A DNA stretch of 32,000 nucleotides from Delftia acidovorans NBRC 14950. Its GTDB lineage: Bacteria > Pseudomonadota > Gammaproteobacteria > Burkholderiales > Burkholderiaceae_C. Below the pieces are notes generated by a model. The model did no database searches, was not told where the DNA came from, and saw only the letters and a program-made list of their open reading frames with translations. Both the position numbers and the translations under genes were made by a program. The stretch spans positions 540,001-572,000 of the forward strand of contig NZ_BCZP01000001.1 of NCBI RefSeq assembly GCF_001598795.1, read 5' to 3'. Below are positions 10,362-18,521 of the stretch, piece by piece (the first letter of the stretch is position 1; each line of letters starts with the position of its first letter).

Positions 10362-12395
10362 TCAAGAGGAAGTACGCATCTGGTTTTCCAGGACCTGCTG
10401 TCGGGCAAAGAGATCGCGATAGCGCTGGGCGGCGCTGGGGTCCCGTGCCATGTCGCGCACGGCTTCGTCGATCTGGGCCTTGATGTGGTCGATGACGATG
10501 CGGTTGAGCACGCCACGCAGCTCGCGGCGCAGCTCGGACAGCTCGCCTTCGGGATGGGCGTGGGGGCCGCTCATCAGCTTGTCGGCCAGCACCTCATGGG
10601 GCAGGCCGCGCAGTTGCTCGCGCAGCACGGCGAAGGGCCGGGGGCCGGATTCCTGGAACTGTGCTTCCATCCAGCGGAACAGCGCGCCGTGCCCGGCGGC
10701 GCAGCGCGCCAGCGCCTCGAAGTCCTCGTGGGTGAGTTCTTCCATGAACTCCATGTGCGCCATGAGCAGGCGCGCCGCCTGGTCCGTGCGCGTGGCGGGG
10801 GCTACGCGCGGCCCCATGGGCGGCGGGTTGAAGTCGCTGCGGCCATTTTTGTCCCAGGGCTTGCGAGGCCAGGGCTTTTTGCCGCCGCGCCCGGGCTCGC
10901 CTGCGCGCCAGCCGCCTGCGCCGCCGCCCTGGCTGCCCCCCTCGGGCCAGCCCGAAGGCGCGTTGTATTCGGCCGGCTGGCCCCAGTCGGGCGCGGCCGG
11001 TGCATGGCTGGCCTGGCCCGGATGGTGGGCGCCGCCGGCCATGGAGCCCCGTGCGGGGCCGCTGCGGGCGGCTTCCTGCGACCACAGGTCCGAGAGATCG
11101 CGCGCATCCAGCTGCACGAGTTCGGCGATCTCGCCCAGCAGCTGGCGCTTGAGGGCGCCGTCGGGCAGGGCCGTCCACAGCGGGCGGGCATTGCTGGCCA
11201 TGTGGGCGCGGCCTTCGGCCTGGCCCAGGTCGCAGCCCTCGCTGGCGGCTTCGATGAGAAAGCGGCTCAGCGGCAGCGCGTCGCCCACGTAGCGGGCAAA
11301 GGCTTCGCTGCCGTACTCGCGGATGAAGCTGTCCGGGTCATGCTCGGCGGGCAGGAAGAGGAATTTGACGCTGCGCGTGTCGCTGGCATAGGGCAGGGCC
11401 GCATCGAGCGCCTTGCGCGCGGCGCGCCGTCCCGCCGCATCGCCGTCGAAGCTGAAGACGACGGCTTCGGTAAATCGAAACAGTTTGTGAATATGGTCGG
11501 GCGTGCAGGCCGTGCCCAGCGTGGCGACGGCGTTGGCAAAGCCCAGCTGGGCCAGGGCCACCACGTCCATATAGCCTTCGGTGACCAGCGCATAGCCCAT
11601 GTCGCGCAGGGCGGTGCGGGCCTCGAAGAGGCCGTAGAGCTCGCGCCCCTTGTGAAAGACCGGGGTTTCGGGCGAATTCAGGTATTTGGGCTTCTCGTCG
11701 CCGAAGACGCGGCCGCCGAAGCCGATGCACTCGCCCTTGACGTTGCGGATGGGAAACATCAGCCGGTCGCGGAAGCGGTCGTAGCGCTTGTCGTCGCCCT
11801 CGCCAACGATGACCAGGCCTGATTCTTCGAGCTGCGGATCGTCGTACTGCGGGAACACGCTTGCCAGCGACCGCCAGCCCGCAGGCGCGTAGCCCAGGCC
11901 GAAGCGCTTGGCGGTCTCGCCCGAGACGCCGCGGCGCTTGAGGTAGTCGATGGCCTGGGGCGATGCCTTGAGGTGCTTGCGGTAGGCGTCGCCTGCCTTC
12001 TCCAGCACGTCGGTGAGGGTGGCCTGTTTCTGCTTTTGCGCAGCCTGGCGCTCGCGCTCGGCGGGGCTGATGTCGTCCTGCGGCACCTGCAGGCCGACCT
12101 GGCCGGCAAGATCCTGCACGGCTTCGACAAAGCCCATGCCGGCATGGTCCATCAGAAAGCCGATGGCGTTGCCATTTTTTCCGCAGCCAAAGCAGTGATA
12201 GAACTGCTTGCTGGGACTGACGGTGAAGGAGGGCGACTTCTCGCTGTGGAACGGGCACAGGCCCATGAAGTTGGCGCCGCCCTTCCTGAGCTGCACGTAG
12301 CGTCCCACGATATCGACCACGTCGACGCGCGAGAGCAATTCCTGGATGAACGATTGGGGAATGGACACCCGCGTATTGTGCCTTCGCGGGGCCAT
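10362..12395 (-). CDS. dnaG: DNA primase
   Basis: The zinc-ribbon CPFHSEKSPSFTVSPSKQFYHCFGCGKNGNAIGF, a TOPRIM domain (EGYMDVVALAQ, FDGDAAG) and a C-terminal DnaB-binding-like domain are present. The track ORF 10362..13904 is a read-through fusion. The start is ATG 12395 (MAPRRHNTRVSIPQSF) or alternatively GTG 12368 (VSIPQSF). Confidence 0.93.
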   Translation of the reverse strand: MAPRRHNTRVSIPQSFIQELLSRVDVVDIVGRYVQLRKGGANFMGLCPFHSEKSPSFTVSPSKQFYHCFGCGKNGNAIGFLMDHAGMGFVEAVQDLAGQVGLQVPQDDISPAERERQAAQKQKQATLTDVLEKAGDAYRKHLKASPQAIDYLKRRGVSGETAKRFGLGYAPAGWRSLASVFPQYDDPQLEESGLVIVGEGDDKRYDRFRDRLMFPIRNVKGECIGFGGRVFGDEKPKYLNSPETPVFHKGRELYGLFEARTALRDMGYALVTEGYMDVVALAQLGFANAVATLGTACTPDHIHKLFRFTEAVVFSFDGDAAGRRAARKALDAALPYASDTRSVKFLFLPAEHDPDSFIREYGSEAFARYVGDALPLSRFLIEAASEGCDLGQAEGRAHMASNARPLWTALPDGALKRQLLGEIAELVQLDARDLSDLWSQEAARSGPARGSMAGGAHHPGQASHAPAAPDWGQPAEYNAPSGWPEGGSQGGGAGGWRAGEPGRGGKKPWPRKPWDKNGRSDFNPPPMGPRVAPATRTDQAARLLMAHMEFMEELTHEDFEALARCAAGHGALFRWMEAQFQESGPRPFAVLREQLRGLPHEVLADKLMSGPHAHPEGELSELRRELRGVLNRIVIDHIKAQIDEAVRDMARDPSAAQRYRDLFARQQVLENQMRTSS

Positions 12396-12436
12396 CCGGC
12401 CGTGCCCCGGGGGCACTGACCGGCGGTGCCCGGCCC

Positions 12437-14689
12437 TCAGCCCAGGCGCTGGAAGGTCAGCGTGAAGGCCACGCCATCGCGCGTGTTGTGCGCCTTGATT
12501 GTGCCGCCCATCTTGGCCATATAGGTCCTGGCCACGAACAGGCCCTGGCCCCGGTGCTCGGCGCTGCTGGCGGCCGCCGGCTCCTGGGGGGCGGACACGC
12601 CCAGCTCGAAGATGCGCTCCAGCAGGTCCTCCGCAATGGTGGCGCCCTGGTTGTGCAGCGTGGCGCTGGCGGCGGACTCCGAGGCCGACAGCGACAGCGT
12701 GATGGCCGTGCCCGCGGGCCGGTAGCTGTCGGCATTGCGCAGGATGTGGGTGACCACGTCTTCCAGCGCAAACTCGTCGGCGCGCACGATCACGGCGCCC
12801 GTGACGTCCCTGTTCCCGCCCCCGCTCCCGCCCCCGCTCCCGCCCCCGCTCCCGCCCCCGCTCCCGCCTTCGTAGACCACGTTGGCAATGCCCGCAAAGT
12901 GCGCGTTGGCGGCCACGTGGGACAGAAAGGCGTTCAGGTCCAGCCGGCCTTCGGGCACGTTGGCGGCCTGCAGCGCCTCGGCCGGCGATGCCGTGCCGTA
13001 GAGCACATGCACGGCCTGCTGCATGCGCTGCACGTAGCGGTGGCCGGGGTCGTCGGGTCCGTAAAGCACCATCAGCGATTGCAGGGGCGACATGATCTCG
13101 TGGCCCACGGCATGCCACATGTCGCGTTCCTGCTGGGCGCGCAGCTGTTCGCGCTGCAGGTCGTCCTTCACGCGCTGCAGCAGGTCGGCCAGTCCGCCGG
13201 CCAGAATGCCCAGCTCGTCGGAACCACGAAGGTCCGATACTTCGAGGTCGCCCAGGCGCGGGCCGACATGGCCGTCCTGCACGTTGTAGGACACGGCGGC
13301 GGCGCGCCGGGTGAGGGCGGTCACGCGGCGGATCAGCCCCAGCTCGACGATCAGCCAGGCCAGCGCAATGGCCGCCAGCATGGCGCCCAGGTACCAGGAC
13401 AGGCGCGTGGCCACGGCGGCCAGGCCCTGCTCCACATCGCGCGGGTGGCCGGTGAAGCTGACGGTGTAGTTGCCCGTGGGCGTGTCCAGAATGTCCTGGC
13501 CCGTGGGCACGGCCGGGGTCATGGTGGCGGCGGAGACGCCGGCTGCATCCAGCGGCAGCCAGCTGATCAGGCGCAGCAGCCAGGGTGCCGACGGCGCGGC
13601 CTGCACATCCACGCCCTTGAGGGTGATGGCGCTGGCTTCGTCGGCACCCACCTTGCGGATCTGCACGCGCTCGCCCGGCAGCAGGCTGCGCGAGATGTCG
13701 TTGAGCGAGGCGGCAAGCTGCGCCCCGGGCGTATTGCTGTCGAACAGCGGCGGCTCCGTGTCGCCGGGGGCCAGCATTTCCACGCGCACACGCATGCTGC
13801 CCAGGTCTTCGGGCGGCCAGACGGGGCGCACGTCCCTGCGGAACAGGGCCTCGCGGAACAGCTCGACCGGCAGGCGGATGGAGTAGTGCGTGCGGCGCAG
13901 GCAATCGGCTGCAGGGGGCGTCTTGTCATTGCCCGCATGGCCCTGCACGCCAGGCGGCAGGTCGCGGCAATGGCCGTTCTGCCAGAGCCAGCCACGGAAA
14001 TCGCGCACGGGCCGCGCGCGGGCGTCAAGCTGGGGCGTGCCGTTGTCCACAAAGCCGGTGAGCCGGCCGTGCTCGCCGTTGCCGGCCCTGCTGCCCTGCT
14101 GCGGCATGGCCTCATAGGGGGCGATCCAGCGGTAGGTGCTGCCGCGCATGTCCAGCGTGATGCGGGCGCGGTGCGCCTGGGCGGGCTCGCGCGAGCCGCG
14201 TTCGCGCGGTGTCAGCTCGCCTGCGAAGAAGCTGCCCACCAGATAGATGAAGCCGCCTGCGTAGGGATTGTTGCCGATGGCCGCGCACAGCGAGGCGCCA
14301 TCGGGATACTGCACCGAGCAGCCAGCCATCTCCACGGCCTGCTGGGACTTTTGCGGATCGTCGAAGTCGATGGCCGCATAGGGCAGCAGCAGCGGCGCCA
14401 GCGGCGTCACGCCCTGGCCCAGGTGGCCGGCGTTGAGCAGGGCCAGCCGGCCCGAAGGATGGCGCAGCCGCGCCATGACCTCGGCCTGGCTGCGCACAAA
14501 GCCGTGCTGGTAGGCCTGCCAGGCGCGTTCCTTCTCGTCCTTGAGCACCACCACGCTCAGCGCCACCGTGGCCACGGCCAGCAGCACGAACACGCCGCGC
14601 AGCAGGATGCGCTGGCGGAAGGCGGCCAGGCCCAGGCGCGGAACTTCCAGCCGGGGCAGCTCCAGTTTGGGGTTGAGCAGGCGCTTCAT
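12437..14689 (-). CDS. sensor histidine kinase with two TM segments, ~375-aa periplasmic domain of unrecognised family, HAMP-like linker, HisKA and HATPase_c
   Basis: The start ATG 14689 (MKRLLNPK) overlaps the RR stop as ATGA. TM1 is GVFVLLAVATVALSVVVL and TM2 is LGAMLAAIALAWLIVELGLI. The H-box is WHAVGHEIMSPLQSL, the N-box is HILRNADSY, and the G-box region is HRGQGLFVARTYMAKMGG. Confidence 0.85.
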   Translation of the reverse strand: MKRLLNPKLELPRLEVPRLGLAAFRQRILLRGVFVLLAVATVALSVVVLKDEKERAWQAYQHGFVRSQAEVMARLRHPSGRLALLNAGHLGQGVTPLAPLLLPYAAIDFDDPQKSQQAVEMAGCSVQYPDGASLCAAIGNNPYAGGFIYLVGSFFAGELTPRERGSREPAQAHRARITLDMRGSTYRWIAPYEAMPQQGSRAGNGEHGRLTGFVDNGTPQLDARARPVRDFRGWLWQNGHCRDLPPGVQGHAGNDKTPPAADCLRRTHYSIRLPVELFREALFRRDVRPVWPPEDLGSMRVRVEMLAPGDTEPPLFDSNTPGAQLAASLNDISRSLLPGERVQIRKVGADEASAITLKGVDVQAAPSAPWLLRLISWLPLDAAGVSAATMTPAVPTGQDILDTPTGNYTVSFTGHPRDVEQGLAAVATRLSWYLGAMLAAIALAWLIVELGLIRRVTALTRRAAAVSYNVQDGHVGPRLGDLEVSDLRGSDELGILAGGLADLLQRVKDDLQREQLRAQQERDMWHAVGHEIMSPLQSLMVLYGPDDPGHRYVQRMQQAVHVLYGTASPAEALQAANVPEGRLDLNAFLSHVAANAHFAGIANVVYEGGSGGGSGGGSGGGSGGGNRDVTGAVIVRADEFALEDVVTHILRNADSYRPAGTAITLSLSASESAASATLHNQGATIAEDLLERIFELGVSAPQEPAAASSAEHRGQGLFVARTYMAKMGGTIKAHNTRDGVAFTLTFQRLG
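12815..12868. repeat. 12-nt perfect tandem repeat (CCCGCCCCCGCT x4.5) inside the kinase gene, encoding (GGSG)n
   Basis: Read directly from the sequence. Units lie at 12815-12826, 12827-12838, 12839-12850 and 12851-12862, plus a partial unit 12863-12868. On the minus strand it translates as EGGSGGGSGGGSGGGSGGGN just before the N-box. Confidence 0.95.
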
Positions 14690-15411
14690 GCGCGGGCGGC
14701 GGCGCCGGCCTGGCCCACCCAGCGAAAGCCGCGCATGGGCACGTTCTCTATGCCTTCGAAGCCCGGGTCCACCTCGCGCAGGGCCTCGCGGATGGTGCTG
14801 ACGTGCTTGCGCACGTTGTCGCGGTTGCGGCCGCTTTTGACCACCTCGAACAGCTCGTCGTAGGACACCACTTCGCCGCTGCGCTGGTGCAGCGTGGCCA
14901 GGATGCGCTGGGCCGTCAGCGGCAGGTTGATGCGCTCGCCGCGCCAGGTGGGCGTGCGCTGCCAAAGCGGGTCCAGCACCAGGGCATCGCCTGCGGGCGC
15001 TGCGGCGGCCTGCGCGGCCACGGGCGCCGCGCGCTGCGTGGTGCGCAGGATGTCCAGGAAGGTCTCGATGAAGTCCGCCTCCTCGAAGGTGGTCTTTTGC
15101 AGGTAGTCCCAGGCGTCCAGCGCTTTCATGATGCTGCGGTAGATGGCGGCCGGCATGGCCGACACCACCAGCACCGGCGTGCCCTGGCCCAGCTTGTTGA
15201 TGGCGTTGATCAGGGCCACGCCCGCGTGGCGCTCGCGGCCCAGCTCGATGTCCAGCACCACGGCGTCGTAGTGCTCGCGCGCCAGGGCGGCCTCGGCCTC
15301 GTCGCGCGTGAACCACTGGTCGATCACGATGCCGCTGCGCGCACTGCGTATCCATCCCGCCAACTGGTTGCTGGTGGGAAGGTCGTCTTCGATCACGGCG
15401 ATACGGGTCAT
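14686..15411 (-). CDS. OmpR/PhoB-family response regulator (receiver + winged-helix Trans_reg_C)
   Basis: The start is ATG 15411 (MTRIAVIEDD). The receiver has acidic pocket EDD, phospho-acceptor VVLDIEL, VLVVSAM and a conserved Lys (IMKALD). The C-terminal winged helix reads LTAQRILATLHQRSGEVVSYDELFEVV...VRKHVSTIREAL...VPMRGFRW. The track ORF 14686..16023 is over-extended. Confidence 0.88.
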   Translation of the reverse strand: MTRIAVIEDDLPTSNQLAGWIRSARSGIVIDQWFTRDEAEAALAREHYDAVVLDIELGRERHAGVALINAINKLGQGTPVLVVSAMPAAIYRSIMKALDAWDYLQKTTFEEADFIETFLDILRTTQRAAPVAAQAAAAPAGDALVLDPLWQRTPTWRGERINLPLTAQRILATLHQRSGEVVSYDELFEVVKSGRNRDNVRKHVSTIREALREVDPGFEGIENVPMRGFRWVGQAGAAARA

Positions 15412-15627
15412 GGGGCTGTGCAGTGGTGGGGTCGGGGAGGCCGCCGTGGCGGTGTTCGCGGGATTATCTCGGCCCTGCGCCGGCCCGGGTGTGAGTTTTT
15501 CTTCCGGGGCCGGAGCGTTTGCGCTGGCGCCGTGAACGCATTGGGCCGCGCGCCGCGTTGTTGCTTCCGGGGTGGATCCGAACAATCGGTCCTCAATGAG
15601 CCACCCCTGTTTCCGGTGCCTCAGAAA

Positions 15628-15661
15628 CAGCCAACAACAGCCAACAACAGCCATCACAGCC
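15628..15661. promoter_or_regulatory. 10-nt-phased direct repeats CAGCCAACAA CAGCCAACAA CAGCCATCA CAGCC upstream of the SPFH gene, preceded by inverted repeat CTGTTTC-N10-GAAACAG (15607-15630)
   Basis: Read directly from the 265-bp divergent region between the RR (start 15411) and the SPFH gene (start 15677). The helical-turn phasing fits OmpR-family tandem binding sites, but that link is an inference. Confidence 0.35.
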
Positions 15662-15676
15662 GAGAGAGAGAACACC

Positions 15677-17011
15677 ATGAAAGCCACCTGGAACCGCATC
15701 ATGCAGGCCCTGACGGGCCGCAAGTCCGCCCGCTTGGACGAAGCCGGCACTGCCGCGCCCGCAGCCGGGTCCGATGCTGCAACGCTGCCGGGCAACGCGC
15801 CCCGCCGCCAGCCCGTGGACTGGGCAGTCCTGCTGCCCACGGCACGTACCGTGCGCTGGCTGGCCATCGGCGCCGTGGTGGTGGCGGCAGGTCTGGTGGT
15901 GGTGCGCAACCCGCCCGTGCAGCACCTGGAGCAGGGCACGCTGGGCGTGCGCCTGAACCAGTTCACGGGCTCCGTCAGCCTGTGGCGCGATGGCAGCGTG
16001 TGGGTGGTGCCGGGCCTGCACACGGTGCGTGTGTTCTCCCTGCGCGACCAGAGCTACCGCCCGGAGGCCATGCGCCAGGCCAATGGCAGTGCACCCCTGC
16101 AGTCGGTCGAGGGCCTGTCCCTGGGTCTGGACCTGAACGTGCGCTATGCGCTTGATCCCGCATCGCCCGCCGTCAAGGCCGGCAACCTGCCTCTGGACAT
16201 AGGCGGCGACATCGTGGAGCCCGCCGTGCAGGGCCTGGTCTACAAGGTGTTTGCGCGCTACACCGTGCGCGAAATCTTCTCGACCAAGCGCGCCGAGATC
16301 GCCCAGATCATGGAGACCGAACTGCGCACGCGCCTGGCGGCCGACGGCGTCACGCTGCGCAGCATCCAGATCGGCAAGGTGGACCTGCCCGCCGAGTACC
16401 GCCGCGGCATGGACAGCCTGCTGGCCGAGGAGCTGGCCTCGGAGAAGATGCGCTACACGCTGGAGCTCAAGGACAAGCGCGTCAAGGAAACCGAGCTGGA
16501 CGCCAATGCCGACAAGGTGCGCCGCGAAGTGGCCGCCGAAGCCGCCGCACGCGAGCAGGTGATTGCGGCGCGTGCCCAGGAAGAGGCCATGAAGCATGTA
16601 CTGCCCTTCAAGCAGCGCCAGATCGAGCAGCGCCAGCTGGAGGCCGAGGCCGAGCGCGTGGCCCGCGTGAAAGCCGCCGAGGGCAGCGCCCAGGCCCGCC
16701 GCATCGAGGCCAATGGCGAAGCCGACGCACGCCAGAAGCTGGCCGAGGCCGAGGCCTTCCGCATGGACCGCCTGGGCAAGGTCAACGCCGAGCAGATGGC
16801 GCGCGAAGGCACCCTGGTCACGCGCTACCCGCTGCTCATCCAGAAGACGCTGGCCGACAAGCTCTCGGACAAGATCCAGGTCATCATCGCGCCCCCGCCG
16901 GCCAATGGCGACTTCATCGGCGCGGCCCTGCTGGGCGGCAGCCGCAATGCACAGGCCGGCGCAGCCTCCGTGGCGGCCGAAGATGCCAACGCAGCCGTTC
17001 AGGAGCAATAA
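15677..17011 (+). CDS. SPFH/band-7 (prohibitin/flotillin/HflKC-like) membrane protein with C-terminal Glu/Ala-rich coiled coil
   Basis: The start ATG 15677 follows GAGAGAGAGAACACC. One TM segment (VRWLAIGAVVVAAGLVVV) is followed by an SPFH core (GTLGVRLNQFTG...VPGLHTVRVFSLRDQ...VTLRSIQIGKVDLPAEY). A long EA-repeat helix follows (RQIEQRQLEAEAERVARVKAAEGSAQARRIEANGEADARQKLAEAEA). Confidence 0.85.
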   Translation: MKATWNRIMQALTGRKSARLDEAGTAAPAAGSDAATLPGNAPRRQPVDWAVLLPTARTVRWLAIGAVVVAAGLVVVRNPPVQHLEQGTLGVRLNQFTGSVSLWRDGSVWVVPGLHTVRVFSLRDQSYRPEAMRQANGSAPLQSVEGLSLGLDLNVRYALDPASPAVKAGNLPLDIGGDIVEPAVQGLVYKVFARYTVREIFSTKRAEIAQIMETELRTRLAADGVTLRSIQIGKVDLPAEYRRGMDSLLAEELASEKMRYTLELKDKRVKETELDANADKVRREVAAEAAAREQVIAARAQEEAMKHVLPFKQRQIEQRQLEAEAERVARVKAAEGSAQARRIEANGEADARQKLAEAEAFRMDRLGKVNAEQMAREGTLVTRYPLLIQKTLADKLSDKIQVIIAPPPANGDFIGAALLGGSRNAQAGAASVAAEDANAAVQEQ

Positions 17012-17014
17012 GCC

Positions 17015-18487
17015 ATGCTGACCGTATCGACCTTGGCCGCCGCAGCGCTGGCCACCGGCATGGGCAGCGCCATCGTGGTGCAGGACCAGGCCAGCCTGCG
17101 CGCCGCGCCGCGCGATGGCGCCCAGCAGCAGGCCAGCCTGTGGCAGGGCGAGGTGCTGGAGATCAGGGGCGAACGCCTGGACTACCTCCAGGTCTGGGAC
17201 CACAAGCGCGAGCGCGGCGGCTTCATCCGCGCCGGCGATGTGCGCCGCGTGGCCATGACCGAGGCCGATGCCCCCGCCTTGCTGGCCGTGCTGCGCTTCG
17301 TGCAGGACACGCCCGGTGCCGAGGCGCTGGGCATCGGCCTTGCGGCCGCCTACCTGCAGGCCGCGCCCGCCAGGACCCTGGCCGGCGCCGAAGGCGCGCA
17401 GGCCTTCGACGCACTGGGCGGCTTTGCCGACCGGCTGGCGCGGCGCGCCTCCGCCGCTGCGCCCGGCAAGGCCTCGGGCGCCACGCTGTCGGCCCACCTG
17501 GATGTGGCCAACGGCTACGGCCTGCGCTTTGCGACCTATGAGGTCGAAGGCCGCATGCAGGTCTGCTATGAAGGCGAATTCTTCCGCCGCGTGCTGGCCA
17601 TGCCCGCCGCCGACGCGCCGCAGCGCGCCCGCGCCGCCCTGGCCCTGACACGGCCCGAATGCGTGGACCCCGATCTGCCGGCCCATGAGCGCGCCCGCAT
17701 GCATGCCTGGCAGGCCGATGTGCTGGAGCGCGTGGATGTGACCGGCCTGCCGCCCTACCTGCGCGGCCGCGTGCAGATGCGCCGCGCCAGCGTGTGGGCG
17801 GCGCTGGCCTTTCAGCAGGCGCGCAAGAGCATGGCCGACCCTGCCGTTGCGGTATCGGCCGCCCGGGCGCTGGCCGAGTTCACGGGCGTCGGCAAGTCCG
17901 AGCTGCCCGATGAAGACCAGAGCGCCTACAACGACGCAGCCATGCGGGTGAGCGCCGTGCGCTGGGCGCTATCACCTGTTGCTGCTGCGGCTCCTGCTGC
18001 CGGAGCCCGCCCGACGCTGCTGACCGAGCCCGGTGCTGCCGGCGAAACCTGCGTGCTGCTGGTGGACGCCCAGCACGGCGCCAAGGCCCCTTTGCTGCGC
18101 CGCTGCACCTATGGCGTGGTGTGGGCCGCATCGGCCAGCACCAACCGCGAGGGCACGGCCGTGGCCCTGGCCGTGCAGCCGCTGGAAGGCTGGCGCGAAC
18201 TGTGGGTGCTGCGCAAGACCGAAGGCGGCTGGTTGGCCGACGTGCTGCCCCCGGCCGCCACCGCCCCGGAGACCGGCGTGGCCGAATGGGCGGGCTGGGT
18301 GCCTGGCGGCCAGCTGATGCTGGTGGCGCGCGAGGCCCGTGGCCAGGGCCGCTACCGCAAGAGCTTCGAAGTGGTGCGGCTGGACGGCCTGGCCACCGAG
18401 CGCGTGACCGGCGATGTATCGGCCCTGCCGCTGTTCCAGCGCTGGCAGGACCCGGCCTGGAAGCGCCAGTCCCTGAGCCTGCGCTGA
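17015..18487 (+). CDS. secreted hypothetical protein, N-terminal SH3b-like domain, remainder unassigned
   Basis: ATG 17015 lies 3 nt after the SPFH stop, with AGGAGC at 17001-17006. GC3 is strongly high. A signal-peptide-like N-terminus [19 protein letters not shown] is present. The SH3b-like segment reads [50 protein letters not shown] recognise no motif in the remaining ~400 aa. Confidence 0.7.
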   Translation: MLTVSTLAAAALATGMGSAIVVQDQASLRAAPRDGAQQQASLWQGEVLEIRGERLDYLQVWDHKRERGGFIRAGDVRRVAMTEADAPALLAVLRFVQDTPGAEALGIGLAAAYLQAAPARTLAGAEGAQAFDALGGFADRLARRASAAAPGKASGATLSAHLDVANGYGLRFATYEVEGRMQVCYEGEFFRRVLAMPAADAPQRARAALALTRPECVDPDLPAHERARMHAWQADVLERVDVTGLPPYLRGRVQMRRASVWAALAFQQARKSMADPAVAVSAARALAEFTGVGKSELPDEDQSAYNDAAMRVSAVRWALSPVAAAAPAAGARPTLLTEPGAAGETCVLLVDAQHGAKAPLLRRCTYGVVWAASASTNREGTAVALAVQPLEGWRELWVLRKTEGGWLADVLPPAATAPETGVAEWAGWVPGGQLMLVAREARGQGRYRKSFEVVRLDGLATERVTGDVSALPLFQRWQDPAWKRQSLSLR

Positions 18488-18490
18488 AGC

Positions 18491-18521
18491 AAAAAAAAGC
18501 CTGCACCGGTGGGGTGCAGGC
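18491..18521. terminator. strong hairpin GCCTGCACC-GGTG-GGTGCAGGC flanked by A8 on the + strand (U8 on the - strand)
   Basis: The hairpin is 18499-18520 and the A-run is 18491-18498. It starts 12 nt after the TGA of the 490-aa gene. The downstream + strand tract is only TCGTCTCC. The canonical hairpin+U8 geometry exists only on the minus strand (see findings). Confidence 0.6.

Noticed and set aside
10340-10365. TTGAAA ... TATAAT hexamers on the minus strand overlapping the dnaG stop, a tempting rpoD promoter.
   Set aside because: The spacer between the hexamers is only 14 nt, too short for a functional sigma-70 promoter as read. It might still contribute via alternative hexamers, but I cannot support a call.
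12815-12868. The short perfect repeats could be mistaken for a CRISPR or other non-coding array.
   Set aside because: The units are 12 nt, contiguous without spacers, in frame inside a kinase gene, and translate to a Gly/Ser linker. This is a coding minisatellite, not a CRISPR array.
10362-13904. 1180-aa ORF suggesting a giant primase fusion. Analogous over-extended track ORFs are 12437..15355, 14686..16023, 20971..21957, 21774..22673, 23786..26698 and 860..1924.
   Set aside because: The upstream portions are out-of-frame read-through of neighbouring genes without stops. Real starts were assigned at internal ATGs where recognisable N-termini, RBS-like sequences or ATGA overlaps occur.
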